Source: Bradymonadia bacterium
GTDB lineage: Bacteria; Myxococcota_A; Bradymonadia; UBA7976; UBA1532
Direction of reading: 5' to 3'
Assembly (NCBI GenBank): GCA_046290225.1
Contig: JBKAGE010000045.1
Location: 34,279 to 98,278, forward strand
Length of the DNA stretch: 64,000 bases
Positions 1 through 9,223 of this stretch are shown here, piece by piece. The translations under genes were made by a program, and so were the position numbers. Under the pieces are notes generated by a model. It was not told where the DNA came from and did not search any database. It saw nothing but the letters and a program-made list of their open reading frames with translations. How positions within the stretch are numbered: the first letter of the stretch is position 1; the number at the start of each line of letters is the position of its first letter.

Positions 1-919
1 GCGACAACGAGCCAGCCAGCTCAGGCAAAGTCGTAATGCCTTGCTTGACCGTGGCGAAGAGCTTGTCGGAGACGTCGGCGGCCGTGAGGCCCTCGTCAGA
101 GTAAGTGTTCAGTATCGACGCAAAGAGACGCACGGTCTCCTCGGTCTCACCCAGCCCGGCTTCCGCAGCTCGCACGGCCTGGGTGAGCACGTCCATCGCT
201 CCCCCGGCGCCTTCGGTGGCGGGGATACCAGCAGAGATGGTCTGGTAAAGGCCGCGCGTGACGTCCAGCAGTTCTTTCGATGTCGTTTCCGAGAGTTTGA
301 GCAACTGGCCTCGGTAGCGCTCGATGGGCACGGTGCCCTCGTCAAGGAGGGTGTTCACCTGCGCGAGGCCCTCATCGAATGACGCAGCGAAGGTGACCGC
401 TTTCTTCCCAGCGGCTCCAGCTGTGGAAGCTGCCACCAGCAGACCCAGGGCCCCAGTGACGGATTTGATCTTCGAGACCAGGCCATCAGCTACGCGCTCA
501 ATGCGGCCCCCGAGTCGATCAAAGGCGCCAGCGACCCCCCTCGAGGCCTTGTTGGCTTCTTTTGGGAGGTCCTGGAAGCCTTGCCCGGCCTTCTTCCCAG
601 CCTTCGCGGTCTTGTCCGAGGCGCGTTGAGCCGCCGTCGCAGTCTTGCCCATCGCTGCAGCCGTTGCCGTGGCGGATTTTTGGGCCTCCGTTGCGGCAAT
701 CTTGTGGGCCGTTCCCTGAGCCTTCAGCGCGGCCACTGTCTTCTTTGAGCTTTGGCGTGTCACCGCCTCGATCTTCAGGAGATCGCTCGCGATCTTGCGC
801 TGGGCTTTCTCTGCGTTCTCCGCGAGCTCACGTACGGCCTTCGAGGCGCGCAGCACGCCTTGGACGAATTTCTGGGTCGATGCAGCAAGCCGCAGCGTGG
901 GGATACTCTGGGTGGTCAT
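1..919 (-). CDS. Phage tail tape measure protein (TP901-type core), partial; runs off the window edge
   Basis: Absent from the ORF track, translated by hand. ATG at 919 with GGAGG SD, open to position 1: MTTQSIPTLRL..., an Ala/Lys-rich helical stretch, then FAASFDEGLAQVNTLL...GLYQTISAG...DKLFATVKQGITTLPELAG. Confidence 0.85.
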   Translation of the reverse strand, partial: MTTQSIPTLRLAASTQKFVQGVLRASKAVRELAENAEKAQRKIASDLLKIEAVTRQSSKKTVAALKAQGTAHKIAATEAQKSATATAAAMGKTATAAQRASDKTAKAGKKAGQGFQDLPKEANKASRGVAGAFDRLGGRIERVADGLVSKIKSVTGALGLLVAASTAGAAGKKAVTFAASFDEGLAQVNTLLDEGTVPIERYRGQLLKLSETTSKELLDVTRGLYQTISAGIPATEGAGGAMDVLTQAVRAAEAGLGETEETVRLFASILNTYSDEGLTAADVSDKLFATVKQGITTLPELAGSLS

Positions 920-1002
920 AGACGCCTCCAAGGAGAGAGGCGTCAGGATGGGTTACGGGCTTCCTGAAGGGCTAAACAGGACAACGTCCGTGATGGATGG
1001 AT

Positions 1003-2196
1003 TCAGTCACTGAGAATCGAAAACAGCACGACGACCGCAAAGCTGCTGGTTTCTTCGCTCACCAGTGATGGGAGGTTGAGATCCTCAAAGCCTTGAATCA
1101 AGCGTAACCCGATCCCAAATCCAGCTCGACCGAGATCCAATCCCCCACCTAAAACAGCGCTGAAGTCTCGTTCTGAGATGTCCTCGGAGGTGATGGATGC
1201 AGATGTGCGGAACTTTTGCGCCAACAGCCATGCCATTTCAGCTCCAGCACAAACATAAAACGAATCTTTCGTAATGTACCCATCCCGTTTCGTACCAAAA
1301 TCGTACCTGATGAGTCCTTGAGTGATGATGTAGTTGAATTCGGCTGTAGAGTCCTCAAACTCTGCCAGAGAGTGCTTACCTCCTCGTGGCGTATACCCAG
1401 CTTCAAGATGAAGCCCCAGACCGAAGTCAGTTTTGAAAATCCCTCCGACAGTACCGAAGAATCGAGTGAAACCCTCCTCTTGTTGAGAGGAGTTGAAGTC
1501 TCTCTCACTGCTAAGGCCAGACGAGTGTATTTCCGAATAAGAAACCCCCAAATTTAGCACTATTTGAATGCCAAATGAACCAGATTTTAGCCCAAGTCTA
1601 GACTCTCTCAGCCTGTCTTTGTCATTAGAGAGAATTTGTTGTTCTTCATCTGAGAGAGCGTTTGATGTTGGAGGTGGCTTTGGTGATTGGTTGCCATTGC
1701 CCTCCAAGTCATTCTGAGGGTGGCGCAAGGGCTTGAGTAGCCTTGAGACCGCTTCCTTGATGGGGTCTTCAAGCTCAAGGAGTCGAGTAGCGGTAGCGAT
1801 CTCCTGGCCTTGCAGAGCTGAGGATTCTGTATCGTAGAGCCGAACCGAGAACTTCAGGCTTCCATCAAATCTAATGACCTCGCCTGTCAAAACATAAGAA
1901 GCTCCGATGTTGCGACCCGTCTCTACCTCACATCCGCCTTCGCAGCTTGCTAGGTCAACACCAGGAGGTAGCATCTCGAGGATATTCTCCCGGGTCATCA
2001 CCAAATATGTCGACTGGTCGAGGTTGAGCGCCTCGCCTCGGACTAAATTGGCCAGATAGTCGACCTCTGCCTGATTCAGGCCTGCAGCATTCGCGAACTC
2101 CAAGACTGCAATTCGCTTCTTTGAAGCTGCAGCAGATGATGTCGTGAATATCTGCGCCCACATCAGAGGGATGCATAGAAGCAGGAATCTAGCCAT
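1003..2196 (-). CDS. Secreted protein with N-terminal CsgG/TolB-N-like domain and C-terminal outer-membrane beta-barrel (moron-like)
   Basis: Signal peptide; RIAVLEF...RENILEML...CEGGCEVETGRNIGASYVLTGEV; C-terminal amphipathic beta strands; visibly more AT-rich than the phage core genes. Confidence 0.65.
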   Translation of the reverse strand: MARFLLLCIPLMWAQIFTTSSAAASKKRIAVLEFANAAGLNQAEVDYLANLVRGEALNLDQSTYLVMTRENILEMLPPGVDLASCEGGCEVETGRNIGASYVLTGEVIRFDGSLKFSVRLYDTESSALQGQEIATATRLLELEDPIKEAVSRLLKPLRHPQNDLEGNGNQSPKPPPTSNALSDEEQQILSNDKDRLRESRLGLKSGSFGIQIVLNLGVSYSEIHSSGLSSERDFNSSQQEEGFTRFFGTVGGIFKTDFGLGLHLEAGYTPRGGKHSLAEFEDSTAEFNYIITQGLIRYDFGTKRDGYITKDSFYVCAGAEMAWLLAQKFRTSASITSEDISERDFSAVLGGGLDLGRAGFGIGLRLIQGFEDLNLPSLVSEETSSFAVVVLFSILSD

Positions 2197-2302
2197 GAAA
2201 GTGCCCTCTCGATTAAGCCGGAGGCAGGCTATGACCGCTGCATATAACTAGTCAACGGCGCTCACACTCGCCGCAGCAAATCCGCTCGAATGCGCGACAG
2301 CA

Positions 2303-2545
2303 TCAGCTCTCCACTGAGCGTGGTTCTGGCAGGGGCTCGTCCCACTTGAAGAGCCGCCAGGGCTCCACCCCCAGGGCCGAGCAGTAGGCTTCGATCTGGT
2401 GAAGACTCCAAGTACGGGCGCCGCGCTCAAGAGCACTGAAGGTGCGGTTGTTCAAGCCGTGCTCGCGCTCAAGGTCAGTGAGGCTTTTCCCAGTGGCCTT
2501 GCGCCAAGCTCGCGCCCGCTCTCCGAATGCTCTGTTCAACTGCAC
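2303..2545 (-). CDS. XRE-family HTH regulator
   Basis: FGERARAWRKATGKSLTDLE...FSALERG...LHQIEAYCSALGVEPWRLF. Confidence 0.85.
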   Translation of the reverse strand: MQLNRAFGERARAWRKATGKSLTDLEREHGLNNRTFSALERGARTWSLHQIEAYCSALGVEPWRLFKWDEPLPEPRSVES

Positions 2546-2547
2546 TT

Positions 2548-2618
2548 TTTCTTCGCTCCGAAGATATTTGCTTGCGAGGCCCGCTCGCTTCCTCTACATT
2601 ATCTTCAGAGCGAAGAAA
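2548..2618 (+). promoter_or_regulatory. Two palindromic operators flanking a sigma70-like promoter
   Basis: TTTCTTCGCTCCGAAGATA (2548-2566) and TATCTTCAGAGCGAAGAAA (2600-2618) are inverted copies (18/19). TTGCGA(2572)-17-TACATT(2595) lies between them. Confidence 0.7.
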
Positions 2619-2692
2619 CAGCAATCGAATACACCATCCCCCTGCCGGCCAATCCAGCCAAAGACTCACCGACAGGAGGGGAGGAGCGACAG

Positions 2693-2893
2693 ATGTTAGA
2701 GCGCAGCGATGTAGATCGCAATGGAGCGATCCACCCATCCCCTCGCGACGAAGCCATCCACCGGGCCCTCAATGTCGTTTTAGCCCAGTGCGGTGATCCG
2801 CTGCATTTCCTGGCCCAAGCCTGCGAGTTCTGCGCAGAGCTGAGCGATCGCACGCTTACCAAGCTGCCGGTCGAACTACAGGGCCGAGGCTGA
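2693..2893 (+). CDS. Small hypothetical protein (66 aa)
   Basis: ATG with GGAG SD, downstream of the predicted promoter; ends 13 bp before tnpB. Confidence 0.55.
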   Translation: MLERSDVDRNGAIHPSPRDEAIHRALNVVLAQCGDPLHFLAQACEFCAELSDRTLTKLPVELQGRG

Positions 2894-2906
2894 GAAGGGG
2901 GCGGCG

Positions 2907-4133
2907 GTGCTGATCCAGCAAGCATATAAGTTCGAGCTTCGGCCCAATGGGGCCCAGCGCCGCCTGATGCACGTCTTCGCGGGCCAGTGCCGCTACGTCT
3001 ACAACAGGGCGCTGGCGATGCAGCGCGACCGCTACAAGGCCGAAGAAAAGAAGCTCGGGTACGCAGGCCTGTGCAAGGCACTGACGCAGTGGCGCAACGA
3101 CCACGAGACGTCGTGGCTCAAGATGGGCTCTGTGAGCACTCAGCAACAAGCCTTGTGTGACCTTGAGCGGGCGTACATCAACTTCTTCGCGGGGCGTGCC
3201 TCGTTCCCCAGCTTCAAGCGCAAGGGGGAGTATGAGAGCTTCCGCTTTCCCAATGCCAAGCAGTTCTACATCTGCCAGGGGCACAGCCGCATCAAGCTGC
3301 CCAAGCTGGGATGGGTGCGCTACCGCAACAGCCGTCGCATCGAAGGCACCCCAAAGAACGCCACGGTGAGCCTTCGGGCGGGCAAGTGGTACGTCTCTAT
3401 CCAGACAGAGCGAGAGGTGCCTGAGCCGGTACACCCTTCGCGCACGATGGTGGGCATCGACATGGGGGTGGCCCGACTTGCCACCTTGTCAGATAGCACG
3501 GTGTACGAACCGCTCAACAGCTTCAAGAAGCACCAGAGAGCCCTGGCCAATGCCCAGCGGGCAATGTCCCGCAAGGTGAAGTTCAGCCAGAACTGGCGCA
3601 AGGCAAAGGCCCGCATCCAGCGCATCCAGGCCCGAATCGCGAACGCTCGCAGGGACTACCTACACAAAGCCTCGAACGACATCAGCAAGAACCACGCGGT
3701 GGTCGTCCTCGAAGACCTCAAGGTGTCCAACATGAGCAAGAGCGCCAAGGGCACAGCGGAAGCGCCGGGCAAGAACGTGAAGGCCAAGTCGGGGCTCAAC
3801 AAGGCCATCCTCGACCAGGGGTGGGGTGAGTTCCGACGCCAGCTCGAATACAAGCAGAAGTGGCGGGGTGGTGAGGTGATAGCGGTGAATCCACGCAACA
3901 CCTCCCGCACCTGCCTACAGTGCGGCCATGTGTCAGCGGATAACCGCAAGACACAGGCCCGCTTCAAGTGCATCTCTTGCGGCTTTGAGGGCCATGCGGA
4001 CCTCGTTGCTGCGGAGAACATCAGAAGGGCAGGGCATGCCCGGATTGCCTGTGGAGGAGAGCCTGTAGAGGCCCCAGTGAAGCAGGAACCCATCGAGACG
4101 ACCTGCAACGCTGTCCAGCTGGGCTTGTTGTAG
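2907..4133 (+). CDS. tnpB: RNA-guided endonuclease TnpB (IS200/IS605 OrfB)
   Basis: AYKFELRPN...CRYVYN N-terminus; RuvC residues GIDMG, VLEDL, ADLVAAENI; CxxC...CxxC zinc ribbon. Confidence 0.97.
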   Translation: MLIQQAYKFELRPNGAQRRLMHVFAGQCRYVYNRALAMQRDRYKAEEKKLGYAGLCKALTQWRNDHETSWLKMGSVSTQQQALCDLERAYINFFAGRASFPSFKRKGEYESFRFPNAKQFYICQGHSRIKLPKLGWVRYRNSRRIEGTPKNATVSLRAGKWYVSIQTEREVPEPVHPSRTMVGIDMGVARLATLSDSTVYEPLNSFKKHQRALANAQRAMSRKVKFSQNWRKAKARIQRIQARIANARRDYLHKASNDISKNHAVVVLEDLKVSNMSKSAKGTAEAPGKNVKAKSGLNKAILDQGWGEFRRQLEYKQKWRGGEVIAVNPRNTSRTCLQCGHVSADNRKTQARFKCISCGFEGHADLVAAENIRRAGHARIACGGEPVEAPVKQEPIETTCNAVQLGLL

Positions 4134-4141
4134 GCGTGGTA

Positions 4142-4173
4142 GGGAATCCTCGTTACGACGGGGAGGATATCAA
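4142..4173 (+). mobile_element. IS200/IS605-type right end (3' end of the omegaRNA scaffold)
   Basis: GGGAATCCTCGTTACGACGGGGAGGATATCAA: imperfect subterminal hairpin ending in TCAA directly after tnpB. Confidence 0.75.
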
Positions 4174-4805
4174 TGTTCCTTGAGGAGGTTTTCTGGGCGG
4201 GTAACGATATAGCCAAGTGGAAAGAGCCCAGGTAGCTGCTCCGCAGAAACCACCTCGAACCCTGCACCCGAAATGAGCTGCTCAAGCGATGTGAGATCGA
4301 ACCGTGTGTGAGCAACGAATGGCGATACCATACTGAGTGCTCGGGACAGCCCACGTCTGAAGGCGTCGATATTGTGCAGGAATGTAGGTGCGATGAGCAC
4401 TCCTTCCGGCTTCAATACGCGGTGGAACTCGGAGAGCGCCTGCACCGGATCGTCCATCACATGAAGCGCATTGGCGCAGAATACGCCATCAAAGCTCCCA
4501 TCCGGTGCGTCGATATCGTATGCACTCATGACTGTGCATTCGACATTCTGAAGGCTCAGTTCGTCCATCCGTACTTGCAGTCGGGTGACCATTTCGGGTG
4601 AAATGTCAGTTGCCAGAAGGTGCTCGGCTTGTCCTGCCAGGTTGGGGGTGAATTGCCCCGTTCCTGCCGCGATCTCCAGCAGTCGTCCGCCAGAAGGCAG
4701 GTCGTGGCTCAGTCGTTCTCGTACCTTGTCGTAGCTTGAGTCGAACAAACGCACAACGGTGTCATAGCGGCCAGCGAGACGGTCCCATACACGTGCTTCA
4801 CTCAT
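4170..4805 (-). CDS. Class I SAM-dependent methyltransferase
   Basis: LLEIAAGTG motif I, ATDIS, SFDGVFCANALH, EFHRVLKPEG. Confidence 0.9.
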   Translation of the reverse strand: MSEARVWDRLAGRYDTVVRLFDSSYDKVRERLSHDLPSGGRLLEIAAGTGQFTPNLAGQAEHLLATDISPEMVTRLQVRMDELSLQNVECTVMSAYDIDAPDGSFDGVFCANALHVMDDPVQALSEFHRVLKPEGVLIAPTFLHNIDAFRRGLSRALSMVSPFVAHTRFDLTSLEQLISGAGFEVVSAEQLPGLFPLGYIVTRPENLLKEH

Positions 4806-7800
4806 ACCTTAACCTCTTCAAACTCCGCACCTGGGAGTTCATCTTCGTTGTCTTCATCGATTGCCATGCCGCCGAGCCAGCTGTACACAGCTGGCAACAC
4901 GAAGAGTGTTAGGAGGGTAGCGGTTATCAACCCCCCAATTACGACAGTGGCAAGTGGTCGTTGAACCTCGGCTCCGGCTGTCGTTGAGATGGCCATGGGA
5001 AGGAAGCCGATGCCATCCGTCAGTGCGGTCATCAGCACTGCACGAAGCCGAAGGCGAGCCCCTTTCTCAGTCGCGTCCATCAGCGAGAGTCCTTCACGCT
5101 GAAGGTCCCGGATGTAAGAGACCATGACGACACCATTGAGTACCGCGATGCCTGATAGGGCGATGAACCCCACTGCTGCAGAGATGGAGAATGGCATCTC
5201 ACGAAGCCAGAGGGCCAGGACACCACCAACTGCAGCCATGGGGATGTTCATATAGATAATGAGCGCTGGGCGAGCTGAGGCGAACGTCGTGTAGAGGAGC
5301 AGGAAGATCAGGAGAAGCGCGGCTGGTACAGCCACCGCGAGTCGAGCGCTCGCAGCTTGGAGGTTCTCGAACTGGCCTCCCCATGTAACGAAGTAGCCAG
5401 GTGGTAGACTCCCCTCGATGAGGATACGCTTCTGAGCTTCAGTAACAAAGCCGGCGAGATCGCGCCCACGTACATTGACCTGAATGGTCATACGTCGCTG
5501 AGCGCTCTCTCGGCTGACGACTGCTGGTCCTTCCTCCAAGAGAACCTGTGCGACCTGTCCGAGGGGTACACGCTTACCCCCTGGCACGGAGATGAGCAGT
5601 TCCCGCAGGGATTCAGGGTTGGCCCTGGATGCTTCCCGTAGTCGAACTTGGAGAGCGAAGCGTTGCTGTCCTTCGAAGACAATACCCACTTGCCGGCCCC
5701 CCACCGCAGCTACAGCATCGAGGATCTCAGATGCGTTGATGCCGTAGCGAGCAGCCACTCGGCGGTTGACGACGATTCGGAGTGATGGCAGCCCGGCTAC
5801 CTGGTCAGCGTTGACGTCCGCAGCTCCCGCGATCGAGCGCAACAACCGCATCACCCGCGCCCCGGTTCGCTCTAGCTCCTCAAAATCAGGCCCATAGAGG
5901 TTGATGGCGACATCTGAGCGCACTCCACTGATGAGCTCGTTGGTCCTAAGCTCGATTGGCTGAGAGAAAGAGTAGTTCTGGCCAGGCACCTGTTGCTCAA
6001 GCGTTGCGGCAATAGCCTCGACGAGCTTGGTCTTCGAATCCGCATGTGTCCACTGCTCAACTGGATGGAGCATGATGTAGATGTCAGAGAGCTCAACCCC
6101 CATTGGGTCTGTCGCGATTTCAGCTCTCCCGGTACGAGAGATGATTGTTTCTACCTCGTCAGGGAATGCTTCGATGAGCGTCTGCTCCACCCGGCTGGTG
6201 GCTGCTACTGATTCCTCAAGTGACACCGATGGAGGCCGAATCGCCTGCATCGCGATAGCCCCTTCGTCGAGTGTGGGGATGAATACCGCCCCCATCGTCG
6301 AGGCAAGCCACACACCACCAGCGATCACCATGATGGCGATGGCGATGACCAACAGGCGGAAACGTAAAGCAATCCTCAATGCTGGCTCATAGAGTCGCCT
6401 CGTGAGCCGAACAATAATGGGCTCTTTTTCGGATAGCCCACCATGGTAGAGCCAGGTGGCAGCTGCTGGCACCAGCGTGATGGCCAACACAAGGGCCGCC
6501 GCCAACGCCGACAGCACCACAATTGCCATCGGGCGGAACATCTTCCCTTCGATCCCCTGCAGCGAGAGGATTGGGATGTAGACGATCATGATAATCGCTG
6601 TCCCAAACAGAACTGGCCGCAGCACCTGCGTCGTGGCTCGACGCACCTCACCCTTGACGGCACGCCCTGTTGCTCTGCCTTCGGACAGCCGTCGTGAGAC
6701 GTTCTCGATAACGACGATTGCGCCGTCAATGATCAACCCGAAGTCGAGTGCCCCCATGCTCATCAGGTTCCCTGACACGCCGAAGAATCTCATTGAAATG
6801 AGTGTAAACAACAGGGATAGCGGGATGACTGCAGCTATGAGCAAACCACCACGCAGGTTCCCGAGCATCAGCAGGAACACGACAACGACGAGGACTCCAC
6901 CCTCAATGAGGTTGACGATGACAGTGTGGATGGTGCGATCAACCAGTACGGAACGATCGTAATAGGTAGCTATAGTCACCCCGGGCGGCAGCCCTGGGGC
7001 AAGCTCATCAAGGCGCTTGCGGACCGCCCGTGAGACATCGCCAGAGTTGGCACCCATCAACATCATCACCGAGGCTGTGACAACCTCTCCTCGGCCATCT
7101 CGGGTCACCGCACCTTGCCTGACCATGGGGGCAAATGTAACGTTGGCCACATCGCGGATGAAGATGGGTGTGTTGTTGCGGGTTGCGATCCGAACATCGC
7201 GAACATCATCGAGACTGGTGATGAGTCCTTCTCCGCGAACAATACGCTGCTCACCGCTGCGGACGATGTAGCCACCACCCTCGTTGGCGTTGTTTGCTTC
7301 AAGTGCGTTGAAGACCTCGCTCAGGCTGAGCCCTAGCGCGTTCAGCCTCCCCGGATCTACCTGGGCCTCGTAGGTCTTCAGTTCTCCACCAAACGGGTTG
7401 ACCTCAACCACACCAGGGATGGGACGGAGCTGGAATGCGACATACCAGTCGAGGATTGTGCGCAGCTCCATGAGTGAGTAGCACTCGTCGGTGTCTGGGC
7501 CTTCAGTAGGGCACATGGGATCGCCACGGACCTCAAACTGGTATATCTCCCCAAGTCCGGTCGAGATTGGCCCCATCTCCGGTGAGCCATACCCCTCTGG
7601 GATAGATTCGCGAGCCTCGGAGAGTCGCTCGGCAACCATCTGGCGCGCAAAGTAGATATTGGTTCCTTCCTCGAAAACCACCGTCACAGCTGACAAGCCA
7701 AAGCGTGACAAGCTGCGAACTTCCTCGACGTGAGGCAGGCCGCTCATCACTGTCTCGACCGGCACGGTGACGTACTGCTCAACCTCAATGGGACCGAGTG

Positions 7801-7960
7801 CGGGAGCGTTGGTGAGGACCTGTACCTGGACATTGGTTACGTCAGGAACGGCATCAATTGGGAGATGTTGTGCGGTGCGTACGCCGAGGGCTCCAATGAG
7901 CAGGACGACGAAGATGACGAGGAACCGATGCCGAACACAGAATGCGATGAATCTATTCAT
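4802..7960 (-). CDS. czcA: CusA/CzcA heavy-metal RND efflux permease
   Basis: 1052 aa; LPIDAVPDVTNVQVQ, NLMSMGALDFGLIIDGAIVVIEN, GIEGKMFRPMA, GAEVQRPLATVVIGG. Confidence 0.96.
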   Translation of the reverse strand: MNRFIAFCVRHRFLVIFVVLLIGALGVRTAQHLPIDAVPDVTNVQVQVLTNAPALGPIEVEQYVTVPVETVMSGLPHVEEVRSLSRFGLSAVTVVFEEGTNIYFARQMVAERLSEARESIPEGYGSPEMGPISTGLGEIYQFEVRGDPMCPTEGPDTDECYSLMELRTILDWYVAFQLRPIPGVVEVNPFGGELKTYEAQVDPGRLNALGLSLSEVFNALEANNANEGGGYIVRSGEQRIVRGEGLITSLDDVRDVRIATRNNTPIFIRDVANVTFAPMVRQGAVTRDGRGEVVTASVMMLMGANSGDVSRAVRKRLDELAPGLPPGVTIATYYDRSVLVDRTIHTVIVNLIEGGVLVVVVFLLMLGNLRGGLLIAAVIPLSLLFTLISMRFFGVSGNLMSMGALDFGLIIDGAIVVIENVSRRLSEGRATGRAVKGEVRRATTQVLRPVLFGTAIIMIVYIPILSLQGIEGKMFRPMAIVVLSALAAALVLAITLVPAAATWLYHGGLSEKEPIIVRLTRRLYEPALRIALRFRLLVIAIAIMVIAGGVWLASTMGAVFIPTLDEGAIAMQAIRPPSVSLEESVAATSRVEQTLIEAFPDEVETIISRTGRAEIATDPMGVELSDIYIMLHPVEQWTHADSKTKLVEAIAATLEQQVPGQNYSFSQPIELRTNELISGVRSDVAINLYGPDFEELERTGARVMRLLRSIAGAADVNADQVAGLPSLRIVVNRRVAARYGINASEILDAVAAVGGRQVGIVFEGQQRFALQVRLREASRANPESLRELLISVPGGKRVPLGQVAQVLLEEGPAVVSRESAQRRMTIQVNVRGRDLAGFVTEAQKRILIEGSLPPGYFVTWGGQFENLQAASARLAVAVPAALLLIFLLLYTTFASARPALIIYMNIPMAAVGGVLALWLREMPFSISAAVGFIALSGIAVLNGVVMVSYIRDLQREGLSLMDATEKGARLRLRAVLMTALTDGIGFLPMAISTTAGAEVQRPLATVVIGGLITATLLTLFVLPAVYSWLGGMAIDEDNEDELPGAEFEEVKV

Positions 7961-7969
7961 CTCGTATTC

Positions 7970-9223
7970 TCAGTGTGCGTGACCGTGGCCAAGCTCGCCA
8001 CGCATCAACTCAGACTTAAGAATGAAAGCCCCTTCCACGACGACCTGTGCCCCAGGCTCAAGCCCCGTGAGCACCTCGGCCAGCCGCGCGCTCTTTTTGC
8101 CGAGCGTCACTGGGTGGACAACAAATTCACCTTCTTCATCGCCAGGAGTGAACACAACAGTCTGCTCTTTGAGTATCTGAATCGATGAGAGTGGGAGGAC
8201 GACGGATGTGGGGGCTGGCTTGGTCGACGCGAGTCGAAGAGACCCGAAGAGGCCAGGGCGAAGTCGGCCGTCGGGGTTGTCGAGTTCTACGCGGACAGGC
8301 AGGGTACGAGTTGATTCGTCGAGTGTTGTGCCTACAAAATCGACAGTGCCCGTCCAATGACGGCTTGGATAGGCGTTCAGTGTAAGGGTTGCGCTCATTC
8401 CAAGAGCGGCTTGTGCGATCTGTTGCTCATAGACTCGGCCAATGACCCACACCCTCGAGAGGTCAGCTACGATAAAAAGTGTGTCTTGAGGCGAGACGTT
8501 CTCACCGCGAGTCGCGTGTCGCTCGACTACAACTCCAGTGATTGGGCTCTCCAGTGTCATGTCAGGCCCGCTGCCACCACGAAGCCCGAAGACCCGGAGG
8601 TGAGAGCGAGCTGCATCGCGCTCTGCATCGGCTTGCTTGTAGGCCAGCTCCGCTTCAAGCAAGCTGCGCTTGGAGCTGATGCCCTCCTTGCGCAAACGCC
8701 TCTGCCTGTCTCTGTTCTGCTCTGCGACGTTGCGCAATGAGTTCGTGCGGCTGAGCTCCGCACGAGCCTGCCCGAGCTCAACACTCCTCAGTTTCGCGAG
8801 CTGGGTTTTAGTCTCCACCTGGTCGCCCAACGTGACGTCTACGCTCAACAACTGCCCTTCAACGAGGGGGCTGATGTGAGCGACCCGGTCGGGGTTGAGT
8901 TGAACTTCTGCAGGAACCTCAATGGCATCAGTGAGTACGCCGGATTCTGCGATCCCTAGACGAATCCCACTCGTACTCTGGGCTTGAGGAGAGATCCGCA
9001 CCAATAGCTCTTCGGAACCTTCCTCGCCGTGGCTACGGTCTTCGTGCCCTTCCACTTCATCCATGTGTGGTTGCTGATCATGATTGTGCTCGTCGTTTGC
9101 ATGGAGCTCGTGGCTAGCTTGATCTTCATGAGATTCGTTCACATGATCATGACCGTTGGTGTCTTGACAGCCTGATCCCATTGGTAGAGCACAAATCAGA
9201 ATGAGCTGCATGGCGCGTTTCAT
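7970..9223 (-). CDS. czcB: CzcB-like periplasmic adaptor (membrane fusion protein) with His-rich N-terminus
   Basis: His-rich segment, SPITGVVVER, DLSRVWV, LRPGLF, ends GHGHAH; ATGA overlap with czcC. Confidence 0.92.
   Translation of the reverse strand: MKRAMQLILICALPMGSGCQDTNGHDHVNESHEDQASHELHANDEHNHDQQPHMDEVEGHEDRSHGEEGSEELLVRISPQAQSTSGIRLGIAESGVLTDAIEVPAEVQLNPDRVAHISPLVEGQLLSVDVTLGDQVETKTQLAKLRSVELGQARAELSRTNSLRNVAEQNRDRQRRLRKEGISSKRSLLEAELAYKQADAERDAARSHLRVFGLRGGSGPDMTLESPITGVVVERHATRGENVSPQDTLFIVADLSRVWVIGRVYEQQIAQAALGMSATLTLNAYPSRHWTGTVDFVGTTLDESTRTLPVRVELDNPDGRLRPGLFGSLRLASTKPAPTSVVLPLSSIQILKEQTVVFTPGDEEGEFVVHPVTLGKKSARLAEVLTGLEPGAQVVVEGAFILKSELMRGELGHGHAH

Noticed and set aside
2907..4133. 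Nuclease-dead TnpB (TldR) or Cas12f
   Set aside because: All three RuvC acidic residues are present and there is no CRISPR array.
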